This document shows, piece after piece, positions 6,171-14,068 of a stretch of 19,293 nucleotides of DNA; position 1 is the stretch's first letter, and every line of letters begins with the position of its first letter. The translations under genes were made by a program, and so were the position numbers. The notes beneath the pieces were generated by a model, which did not search any database, was not told where the DNA came from, and was given only the letters and a program-made list of their open reading frames with translations. This stretch comes from Candidatus Micrarchaeota archaeon (GTDB lineage: Archaea > B1Sed10-29 > JAJSAI01), in contig CAZVAJ010000008.1 of assembly GCA_964625085.1 (NCBI GenBank), positions 1-19,293 on the forward strand. The letters run 5' to 3'.

Positions 6171-6404
6171 ATGTCTGATTACTTTCCTCCGAAGAAGTTT
6201 CTGGAGCCGGGTGAATACAGGCCTTAGGCTCCAGAAAGAAAAACTCTTAGGCTTAAGAATTCTCTTACTGCCCGTCAAGATCTAAAAAACGCAGAGAGAG
6301 TGTTTGAGAGAGATCTTGTGCTTGATAGAATTGATGGTGTGGAAACAGGTAAGATTGTTCCAAGAAAGTGGTTTGAAAGGAATTCTGAGGAAAAGATTGA
6401 ATAG
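6171..6404 (+). other. Small interrupted reading frame (in-frame TAG at 6225-6227): pseudogene or micro-intron-containing gene
   Basis: MSDYFPPKKFLEPGEYRP*APERKTLRLKNSLTARQDLKNAERVFERDLVLDRIDGVETGKIVPRKWFERNSEEKIE; the ATG follows an A-run like other starts here; fills an otherwise empty gap in a gene-dense region. Confidence 0.45.
6198..6237. repeat. Perfect 11-bp inverted repeat enclosing the in-frame stop
   Basis: TTTCTGGAGCC (6198-6208) / GGCTCCAGAAA (6227-6237). Confidence 0.85.
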
Positions 6405-6425
6405 GTATAATGAGTAGCATGAGCT

Positions 6426-6833
6426 TTATTTCATCGGCCCGTATCCTTCTGTGCCCAGTTCCATCTTCTTTAGGTACTCTTCAAATGCTTTTTGTGAAGG
6501 TATGATGGGGTAGCCGATCATCTCAAGGAGCAGGAGCGCAGACTCGTTTGGTTCTGGTAATCTCTTTACTTGTTCAAGCCATTTTTCTATGTCGTCTGAT
6601 TTTTTCCGGCCTTTAAGCAAGTACACCTTTTGTCTCCGGTTGTATTTTGCTCCGCATATTCCCGCAATTTTCTCTGGGTCTATTCCTTTTTCTTGTCTTA
6701 GCTTCCGTTTGCATGATTGTGCTATGCTTGCTAGTAATCTGGCGCAGTCTATCCTTTCTTCAGGAGTGTTCCCAAATTCTCCTTTTTTTATGCAGACCCA
6801 TGTTCCGTGTTCTGCTTCAAGACTGACCTTCAT
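6426..6833 (-). CDS. DUF2666-like archaeal protein
   Basis: N-terminus (AEHGTWVCIKK...IDCARLLASI...RK) matches my recollection of the DUF2666 family; last gene of the Lrp-trk run. Confidence 0.7.
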   Translation of the reverse strand: MKVSLEAEHGTWVCIKKGEFGNTPEERIDCARLLASIAQSCKRKLRQEKGIDPEKIAGICGAKYNRRQKVYLLKGRKKSDDIEKWLEQVKRLPEPNESALLLLEMIGYPIIPSQKAFEEYLKKMELGTEGYGPMK

Positions 6834-7164
6834 CTTGAATCATTCCTATTCTCTTCAGCACCTTGTATGCTAGAAGGGCTTGAACTATCTCTTTTTCTTC
6901 AGGGTTTCTTGGTTCCAGTAGCCGGGTTGCTTTAGGAGATTTTATCCCGGATATTGCTTTTGCTGCTTTTTTAGGGTCGTCTTTCCAGTCAAATTTTTCA
7001 GGAACTATCTTTTCTGCTACTTTTTTAATTTCCTCTGTCCTCAGAATGAGGCCGTCTAACTGTTTCCACGTCTCTGCATATGCTTTAACGGAACTTTTTT
7101 CCAGGCCTTCTGTTAGGTTGTCTGTTACTATGCTTTTGCCTTGCACCTCAAACTTTAAGGTCAT
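6817..7164 (-). CDS. Hypothetical protein (possible divergent DUF2666 paralog)
   Basis: Starts 1 nt after the trkA stop and overlaps the next gene by 17 nt; helical charged protein. Confidence 0.75.
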   Translation of the reverse strand: MTLKFEVQGKSIVTDNLTEGLEKSSVKAYAETWKQLDGLILRTEEIKKVAEKIVPEKFDWKDDPKKAAKAISGIKSPKATRLLEPRNPEEKEIVQALLAYKVLKRIGMIQDEGQS

Positions 7165-7165
7165 C

Positions 7166-7819
7166 CTAATCAGCCAGTTTCTTCGCTTCTTTTATGCTTT
7201 CAATTTTTGAGAGCACCAGAATCTTTGACCCTGGGTTGATAACGGTGTTGTCTTCTGGTATGGCAAGCTTTCCGTCTTTTATAACAGCAATTATTCTTGT
7301 TCCTTTAGGTTGTTTTATTTCAGAAATCTGCTTTCCGGCGATTTTAGATTCTTCTTTTACATTCAGTTCTATTATCTCTGCATCTCCTCTGCTTAAGAAT
7401 GTTAGGTCCAGTACCTCTGGTTTTGTGATCATCTGAGAAATGTATCCGGCTGCAGCTGCTTCTGGATAAACCACCAGATCTATCCCCAGGTTTTTGAGAA
7501 CCTGTTCATCATAGTGCAGCGCGCCCAAGCGCGCAACAACGTACTCTGCTCCAGCTTGTTTTGCTATCAAGGACACTATAAGGTTAGTTTCATCCGAGCC
7601 GGTGAGCACCGCCACCGCATCAGCTTCTTTTACTCCTGCATCTTCAAGTGTTTTTGGTTTTGTGCCGTCTCCTCTTATTGCGATTATTTCAAGTTCTTGA
7701 GAAAGCTCTTGGCAAACATCTCCGTTCTTGTCCACTACTACTACGTCGCAGTCTTCTTTTATTAGAAGTCTTGCCAGGTGTGATCCGATTGTTCCAGCGC
7801 CAATGATTATGATGTACAT
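7166..7819 (-). CDS. trkA: Trk potassium uptake regulatory subunit (single RCK_N-RCK_C)
   Basis: IIIGAGTIG Rossmann motif, GDGT...LEDAG, TGSDETNL, C-terminal RCK_C domain. Confidence 0.93.
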   Translation of the reverse strand: MYIIIIGAGTIGSHLARLLIKEDCDVVVVDKNGDVCQELSQELEIIAIRGDGTKPKTLEDAGVKEADAVAVLTGSDETNLIVSLIAKQAGAEYVVARLGALHYDEQVLKNLGIDLVVYPEAAAAGYISQMITKPEVLDLTFLSRGDAEIIELNVKEESKIAGKQISEIKQPKGTRIIAVIKDGKLAIPEDNTVINPGSKILVLSKIESIKEAKKLAD

Positions 7820-9247
7820 TTAGTCCCGCCTCCTTATCTTTAACAAGAATCCTCCTGCTATTAAAAGGGGTATGATTTCAAGCCTGCCTACTATCATGTT
7901 TAGGCAGAGCATGACTTTTGCTGCAGGGGGCATTGTAGGCCCTGTGATTCCCATTGTCAGCCCTGCATTACCCTGCGCGCTTGCCACTTCAAAAAACGCC
8001 TGCTCTCCATTAACTGGCATTGTTGACACGAGCGTTAGGCTCCCAAACAACAGGAAGACGAGGTATAGTATGATGAGCAGGAAAGTCACGTTCATGTCTT
8101 CGTCATTTATGTTATGCCCTTCTATTTTTCTGGGAAAGTATGCTTTTGAGGGAAGGATGAATTCTTTTGTTTTCCAGTAAGCGCTTTTCAGGAAGATCCA
8201 TAGCCTCAATGCTTTTATCCCCCCGCTTGTTGATCCAGTTGATCCTCCTATTATCATCAGCACTGCCGTTATGATTACTACAAATGAGCCAAGGGGAGCG
8301 TAGTCAAATGCTTGAAATCCTCCGTTGGTTATTGCGTTTACTGCACTGAACGCAGCGTCTTCTAGTCCTGTTTTTCCATGCATTTTTGTAAATTGAGGGA
8401 TGGTTAGTATTATTGCAAGCAGTGCAAGGATCAGGATTAGCTTGACTTGCACATCCCTTAGGTATGCTCCTAAGCGGCCTTTCATGTACTTGTAGTGGAC
8501 TAGGAATGAAAACGAGCCCATGAGGGTGATGAACATTAAGCACAGTTTTGATCCAGGGTAGAGGAGTATGTCTTCTGCCGGCGCCAGTCCTGTCGTGCTT
8601 ATCCCTTGCATGCTCATGTTCACTGCCTTGAATACAGGCATTCCGGTTCCCAGGAGCAGTATCACGCCAAGCAGCGTTAGGAAGGCGTAAATTAACCACA
8701 CCATTCTCACAGACTTTATTATGTTAGGCCTTAGCCTTTCTTCCCTGCCTTCTGCTTCAGATAATCTTGCACTTTTTGTGAAACCAAAGATTCCTATGAG
8801 CGCGAGCACGATTATACCTGCTCCGCCTATCCACGCTTCAACACTCCTCCAGAAGATCAGGCTTTTAGGCAGTTCAAAGCCCAGCATTGTAAGCCCGGTT
8901 GTGGTCATGCTTGACACGCTTTCAAAGTACGCGTCCAGCGGGCCAGAGCCAAGATAAAACATGTAGGGCAAGGCACCGATAAAAGGGCATAAGATCCAGA
9001 CTGCAGTTGTTGCTGTGAACGCATGCACGGTCCTGGACTCTCCTGAGTTCTTGAACAATCTCTTCAGTAAAAGCCCGGTTAGGATGCCCAGCACTGAAGC
9101 AGTAACATATGCTTCTACAGCAGAGATCCCCTCTCCATAGTACAGTGCTAGGGGAACGGGGATTAGAAGGACGAGGGAAAAAAGTTCTATGACTTCTCCA
9201 ATATCCCTTAGCACTATTTTTACATCGTTTATCGTGAAGTTAAGCAT
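7820..9247 (-). CDS. trkH: Trk potassium uptake membrane subunit
   Basis: Four pore loops (TTTG, STTG, TNGG, GNAG), GSTSGGIK, GRLEI. Confidence 0.95.
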   Translation of the reverse strand: MLNFTINDVKIVLRDIGEVIELFSLVLLIPVPLALYYGEGISAVEAYVTASVLGILTGLLLKRLFKNSGESRTVHAFTATTAVWILCPFIGALPYMFYLGSGPLDAYFESVSSMTTTGLTMLGFELPKSLIFWRSVEAWIGGAGIIVLALIGIFGFTKSARLSEAEGREERLRPNIIKSVRMVWLIYAFLTLLGVILLLGTGMPVFKAVNMSMQGISTTGLAPAEDILLYPGSKLCLMFITLMGSFSFLVHYKYMKGRLGAYLRDVQVKLILILALLAIILTIPQFTKMHGKTGLEDAAFSAVNAITNGGFQAFDYAPLGSFVVIITAVLMIIGGSTGSTSGGIKALRLWIFLKSAYWKTKEFILPSKAYFPRKIEGHNINDEDMNVTFLLIILYLVFLLFGSLTLVSTMPVNGEQAFFEVASAQGNAGLTMGITGPTMPPAAKVMLCLNMIVGRLEIIPLLIAGGFLLKIRRRD

Positions 9248-9250
9248 TGG

Positions 9251-9703
9251 TTACACCCGGTAGTGCCCCTCTTTTAGTGATTTGAGCACGAGGAAAGTTT
9301 GTGTTTCTTTTATTGAGTCAGCAGGAAGGTCTTTGATAAACTTGTTTAGCCCACTTATACTTTTGAAAATTACTGCAATCATTATATCAAAAGTGCCTGT
9401 AACTTCCATGAGCGCGTACACTTCTTTTTTGCTTTCAAGAGCCTTCTCAAGTTCGGCCAGTTTTTCTCTTCTTGCTTTAATGCCTATTATTGCTACCACG
9501 TTGTACCCAAGTTTCCCGTAGTCTAAGTGGCAGTGGTATCCTGTGATGATCTTGTTTTGCTCTAGTTTTTGGATTCTGTTCTGTACTGTTCCGACGGCCA
9601 CGCCCAGTTTTTCTGCAAGTGCTCTTGCAGATTGCCTGCTGTTCTCTTGCAGTTCTCGTAGTATCCTACTGTCCAGTTCATCACATTCTCCGTTTCCAGT
9701 CAT
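9251..9703 (-). CDS. Lrp/AsnC-family transcriptional regulator
   Basis: DELDSRILRELQENSRQS...LAEKLGV...RIQKLEQ HTH; VTGTFDI RAM domain. Confidence 0.93.
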   Translation of the reverse strand: MTGNGECDELDSRILRELQENSRQSARALAEKLGVAVGTVQNRIQKLEQNKIITGYHCHLDYGKLGYNVVAIIGIKARREKLAELEKALESKKEVYALMEVTGTFDIMIAVIFKSISGLNKFIKDLPADSIKETQTFLVLKSLKEGHYRV

Positions 9704-9751
9704 GTTCTTTGAAAAGGAAACGGGCGTTTTTAAAGATTAAGATATCCTACC

Positions 9752-9765
9752 GAAAGCATTTAAAC
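9752..9765 (+). promoter_or_regulatory. Putative BRE/TATA promoter of iorAB (leaderless), in the divergent lrp/iorA spacer
   Basis: GAAAGCATTTAAAC ending about 20 nt before ATG 9786; no SD. Confidence 0.55.
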
Positions 9766-9785
9766 AATCTTTTCCTTTTAGCGTC

Positions 9786-11672
9786 ATGGACTTGCTGAAG
9801 CCTGCTGGAAAAAAGGTAGTTTTGCTTGGTAATGAAGCGATAGCAAGAGGTGCGCTTGAAGCAGGGGTTGGCGTTTTTGCCGCTTACCCCGGTACTCCGA
9901 GTTCTGAAGTGCCTATTGCCCTATCGCGCGTGGCAAAACAAAGGGGATTAATTTTCGAGTACACAGCTAATGAGAAAGTTGCTTTTGAGACTGCTGCGGG
10001 CGCTGCTTTATCAGGGGTTCGGGCAATGACAAGCATGAAGCACTTCGGCCTGAATGTTGCAGCAGATTCTGTAGGTCCCATCGCGTACTATGGGACCAAA
10101 GCAGGGTTTGTGATTCTCGTTGCTGACGATCCTAACGGCTGGAGTTCAGCCCAATCAGAACAGGATACCCGGTACTACTCCAGAATGTTTAAGGTGCCCA
10201 CTCTGGAACCGTCTGATCCTCAAGAGGCTCTTGATCTCACTAGATTCGCTTTTGATCTATCAGAAGAATTTCACGTGCCTGTTTTCGTCCGGAGCACGAC
10301 CAAAGTAAGTCACGTGATAGAAACAGTAACGCTCGGCAAATTCAAGAAGCCTAAGACAAGGGGGGTTTTTGCAAAGGACCTTGAGCACTACAATAACATA
10401 CGTCCAGGACTACAAAAACTGCACAGAGAGCTGGATGAAAAAATAAAGAAGATAGAAAAGAAGTACGGTAAAAAAATAAACAAAGTGTACAACAAGAACT
10501 CTAAGCAAAAAATAGGCATAATAACTTCAGGAGTCAGTTTTCAGTACACGATGGAACTGTTGAACATGCTTGGTGCTAAGATTCCTGTCGCTGAAATAAA
10601 CATGACCTTCCCCCTTTCAGAAGACTTTATCTCAAGTTTCATAAAAGACAAGAAGAAAGTTCTGGTTGTTGAAGAACTGGAGCCGATTGTGGAAGAGTTT
10701 GTGAACAAGACCGCCAAAAAGGTTAATCCCCGGCTTGTTGTGCACGGCAAAGATCTTCTTCCGAGTGACGGAGAATACACCCTTGAACTGCTCTTGCCCG
10801 TGTTCGAAAAGTTCTTGAAAAGAGATCTCAAGCTTGATCTAAAGGCGCACAAGAGGAAGTATGATAATATACTGAAAGGTCTTCCTCCCAGAAAGCCCGT
10901 CATGTGTTACGGTTGTCCTCACAGGTCAACATTCTATGCAGTCAAAGAAATATTCGGAGACGGGCCTCACGTTATTTACCCTGGTGACATCGGATGCTAT
11001 GTTCTGGGAATATTCGAGCCGTTCAAAATGCAGGACCTTGTGGTCAGTATGGGGGCCAGCATAGGAATAGGGCATGGTATAACAAGAGTAAGCGACCAGG
11101 ATGTTGTGGTGTTCGTGGGCGACTCCACTTTCTTCCACGCAGGCATGCCCGAGCTTGCAACCCTCAGGTTTCATGACGGAAAATCCCCTCTTGTTGTGGT
11201 TCTTGACAATCATGTGACCGCAATGACAGGGCACCAGCCGCATCCCGGATCAGGATTTACAGCCACAAGCAATCCGACCAAGGCGATAGACATCGCGGAA
11301 GTAGCAAAAGCCTTGGGTGCGGAAGTGAGGGTTGTAAACTCTTTCAACCAAAAGCAACTGAAACAGGCACTTCAAGAGCTGAAAGAAGTCAAGGGCCCAA
11401 GAGTGCTAGTGAGCAGGGGAGAGTGCAGGCTTTTCTGGAAGAGGAGCATGGCTAAAAAAGGTCTTTCATGGCCTGTTTTCGAGATTGATCAAAACAAGTG
11501 CCAAAAGTGTGGAGTGTGTACTGATAAGTTCAGTTGCCCTGCGATAATCAAGGACACCTCAGGAGCACTTCCTGTCTTTAAGATTGACCCTAACCTTTGC
11601 TGGGGCTGTTCTGTTTGCGCGCAGGTCTGCCCGTACGGTGCAATACGCGTGAAAAAGGAGGAGTCAAAATGA
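9786..11672 (+). CDS. iorA: Indolepyruvate:ferredoxin oxidoreductase subunit alpha
   Basis: LLGNEAIARG, YPGTPSSE, NEKVA, MKHFGLNVAAD, CYGCPHR, GDIGCY, TPP motif GDSTFFH...LDN, AMTGHQ, C-terminal 2x[4Fe-4S]. Confidence 0.96.
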   Translation: MDLLKPAGKKVVLLGNEAIARGALEAGVGVFAAYPGTPSSEVPIALSRVAKQRGLIFEYTANEKVAFETAAGAALSGVRAMTSMKHFGLNVAADSVGPIAYYGTKAGFVILVADDPNGWSSAQSEQDTRYYSRMFKVPTLEPSDPQEALDLTRFAFDLSEEFHVPVFVRSTTKVSHVIETVTLGKFKKPKTRGVFAKDLEHYNNIRPGLQKLHRELDEKIKKIEKKYGKKINKVYNKNSKQKIGIITSGVSFQYTMELLNMLGAKIPVAEINMTFPLSEDFISSFIKDKKKVLVVEELEPIVEEFVNKTAKKVNPRLVVHGKDLLPSDGEYTLELLLPVFEKFLKRDLKLDLKAHKRKYDNILKGLPPRKPVMCYGCPHRSTFYAVKEIFGDGPHVIYPGDIGCYVLGIFEPFKMQDLVVSMGASIGIGHGITRVSDQDVVVFVGDSTFFHAGMPELATLRFHDGKSPLVVVLDNHVTAMTGHQPHPGSGFTATSNPTKAIDIAEVAKALGAEVRVVNSFNQKQLKQALQELKEVKGPRVLVSRGECRLFWKRSMAKKGLSWPVFEIDQNKCQKCGVCTDKFSCPAIIKDTSGALPVFKIDPNLCWGCSVCAQVCPYGAIRVKKEESK

Positions 11673-12265
11673 ACTATGATATAATGCTCACCGGAGTAGG
11701 GGGCGAAGGAGTCCTCACGACACAGGTCGTGCTCGCAAGAGCAGCGAACTTTGACAGGTACATGGTAGAAGGCGTTCAGTTGCACGGGCTTGCTCAAAGA
11801 GGAGGGCACATTCCAGCGTTTGTAAGACTACATCCTTTCAATCAAACAGTGTCGCCCGCGGTAATGCAAGCAAACGCAGACCTTATTCTTGCTTTCGAGC
11901 CCCTTGAGGCGATCAGAGCAGCATACTACGCCAGAAAAGAAAAGACAGTGTTCCTGATAAACGATGATCCACTCAAGCCAGTGTACGGGAACATACTAGA
12001 CATCCCCTACCCTAGCACAGAAGAGATAAAGAAAAGGGTTTCCGGATTCGCGAAGGAGGTTCATGTTATAAGAGCAAGTGAGACTGCCAAACAAAAGTTT
12101 GGCAAGAAAATCTACGGGAATATACTAATGCTCGGTTACGCAAAAGCGAAAGGCCTTCTGCCAATATCAGAAGAAAGCATAATCAAGGCAGTGAAAGAAA
12201 CAGTCAGATACGATGTGGACAAAAACATAAAAGCTTTCAAGCTTGGTCTAGAGATGGGCAGGTGA
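11669..12265 (+). CDS. iorB: Indolepyruvate:ferredoxin oxidoreductase subunit beta
   Basis: GVGGEG, HGLAQRGG, FEPLEAIR, NILMLG; start 11669 forms an ATGA overlap with the iorA stop; GGAGG upstream. Confidence 0.94.
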   Translation: MNYDIMLTGVGGEGVLTTQVVLARAANFDRYMVEGVQLHGLAQRGGHIPAFVRLHPFNQTVSPAVMQANADLILAFEPLEAIRAAYYARKEKTVFLINDDPLKPVYGNILDIPYPSTEEIKKRVSGFAKEVHVIRASETAKQKFGKKIYGNILMLGYAKAKGLLPISEESIIKAVKETVRYDVDKNIKAFKLGLEMGR

Positions 12266-12308
12266 ACAATACCCTCTATTTTTTTAAGTCAGTTTCATTA
12301 ATCTTGTC

Positions 12309-12692
12309 ATGCACTGGAAATTTTCTGAGTTGTGTAAGGATTCTGGAAATTTTTTAATCTTTTTAACCGTGCTCTTTTCTCTTGTGATTGCCTATCAAAC
12401 ATTGTCATTTCAAGGACAGGATTATACTGCTGATTATGTGTATCTAACCAAGTCTGGTTGTAACTTGTCACTTCATTACAACATTAGTAGAAAAATGACT
12501 GTTGAGATATGGAAAGAAAGTCCCGAAAGCAAGTTTAACATCTTAAAAGCGGATATTTCAGGGGAAGGTGTTCTAAACACTGTCCTTTCTAACTTTTCAG
12601 GCAAGGTGGGTTACTATCTGTACACAGGCAAAGTCTGGATTGGGGGTCAAGCAAGCCCTTACACCTTATTTGAGGAGGTAGAATGTAAATGA
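12309..12692 (+). CDS. Hypothetical membrane-anchored exported protein
   Basis: N-terminal hydrophobic helix followed by a beta-rich domain with N-x-S sequons (NLS, NIS, NFS); ATGA overlap with the next gene. Confidence 0.75.
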   Translation: MHWKFSELCKDSGNFLIFLTVLFSLVIAYQTLSFQGQDYTADYVYLTKSGCNLSLHYNISRKMTVEIWKESPESKFNILKADISGEGVLNTVLSNFSGKVGYYLYTGKVWIGGQASPYTLFEEVECK

Positions 12693-14068
12693 AAAAGGAG
12701 CATCTTGCCGTTTTTCTTATCATTTTGTTCACAGGCATACTACTTAGGATTGTTCCTGCCGCCAGAGAACCGTATCCCATAGGCTATGATAATTTTTTTC
12801 ATGCGCGGATGGCAGAAGCGTATGCTTATGGAATCCCTCGAACCATCCCCTGGCCTGAAGAAAGAGCAAACCTTTATCCCCCGTCTTATCATATCCTGAT
12901 ACTTTTTCTGAGTATTTTGTCAGGATACAGTACCCTCACGATAGTCAGGTTCCTTCTTCCTTTCCTTAGCATGCTTGTTCCTATTGCTGTTTTTTTTATA
13001 CTTCTTAAATTTTCCGGTTCATGGCATGACGCTTTGATAGGGCTATTCCTGATGACTTTTAATCCGTTCTTGTTAAGTGCTGGTTACAATTCTCCAGAAG
13101 TCATCTGCCTGTTTTTTTCCATCATAGCGTTTTATTTCGTGTACTTCAAGGAAAAATACATTTTAGCAGGAGTATTCCAGGCGATAGGGTTCTCTTTTTC
13201 TTTTTTCGCAGGAGTGTACACTTCTCTTCTTCTTTTAGTGCTGGTGTTCAAAAAAGATAGGAGGAGGCTTGTGAAATTTATACTGCCTTCTCTGTTGTTC
13301 CTACTTGCATGGTATGGTTCCAGGTATGACTTGCTTTACCAGAGTAATAATGTCTTCGGCGCAACTTTTGTTTTCATGGCGGTTAAAGGGTGGTTGATTC
13401 TGTACGCGCCGTTTATACTAGGGGCGGTGTTTCCCCTTCTTGTGATGGTAAAGAGGAATCCTTTCACAAATTTCTGGATTTCATGGGTTGTCTTTTTCAC
13501 TGTTCTGTACTTTTCTTTTTTGTTTACAAGCTATTTTCATCCATGGCGGCTTCCTTTGTATATTTCGGTTGGTTTTGTAATGCTTGTTGCCACTGGATTA
13601 ACCAACAGGTCTTGTTGGGTTCTTAAAGTTATTTTTATGTTCTCATTTGTTCTTGCTGTTCTATTAATGTTGCAGTCAAATCTTCACTCTTCAGTAAATG
13701 CACCAGATAATCTAACAATGCAATGGTTGGATTCTATGCAGGGTAAGAGGATTATGAGCGAGTATTCCTTTTGTGGGCAGTTTTTGACCCTTTCAAAGAC
13801 TAATAAAACATGTAATCTTGATATGTACTTTGAGAGTACGCCTAACGTTTCAAGGTGGATTGATTATGAGCGTATGTTTTGGGAGTACTCCCCGGATCTT
13901 TTTAGGCAGAATGTGCGGGAATATTCTCCTGATTATATTGTTTATGCGTCTAGAGATGGTGGCAGGCAGTTTATAGAGCAATCATTAAATTTGAGTAAAG
14001 TATTCATTTCATGGTCTTGTAATCCGGTTTGTCAAAGGGAGGCTGCAGTGTATGTTGTTAACCAGTAA
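12689..14068 (+). CDS. Polytopic membrane protein, GT-C fold glycosyltransferase-like (STT3/AglB/PMT superfamily)
   Basis: TM1-LR, GYDNFFHARMA, LYPPSYH, many TM helices, soluble C-terminal domain (MQWL...IMS...DYIV). Confidence 0.75.
   Translation: MKKEHLAVFLIILFTGILLRIVPAAREPYPIGYDNFFHARMAEAYAYGIPRTIPWPEERANLYPPSYHILILFLSILSGYSTLTIVRFLLPFLSMLVPIAVFFILLKFSGSWHDALIGLFLMTFNPFLLSAGYNSPEVICLFFSIIAFYFVYFKEKYILAGVFQAIGFSFSFFAGVYTSLLLLVLVFKKDRRRLVKFILPSLLFLLAWYGSRYDLLYQSNNVFGATFVFMAVKGWLILYAPFILGAVFPLLVMVKRNPFTNFWISWVVFFTVLYFSFLFTSYFHPWRLPLYISVGFVMLVATGLTNRSCWVLKVIFMFSFVLAVLLMLQSNLHSSVNAPDNLTMQWLDSMQGKRIMSEYSFCGQFLTLSKTNKTCNLDMYFESTPNVSRWIDYERMFWEYSPDLFRQNVREYSPDYIVYASRDGGRQFIEQSLNLSKVFISWSCNPVCQREAAVYVVNQ

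Noticed and set aside
6199..6208. 10-nt identity (TTCTGGAGCC) with the tRNA-Trp anticodon/intron junction at 16684-16693, as an att site or trans guide
   Set aside because: Too short to exclude chance; no integrase, the intervening genes are mostly housekeeping, and there is no adjacent box D
6198..6237. Hairpin as an archaeal SECIS or a selenocysteine/pyrrolysine recoding signal
   Set aside because: The stop is TAG, not TGA; GAA is not followed by the short apical stem of archaeal SECIS; the SelB-like gene is aSelBL; no pyl genes in the window
11597..11668. Upstream TTG start for iorB
   Set aside because: Overlaps the iorA ferredoxin domain; ATG 11669 has an SD and an ATGA coupling
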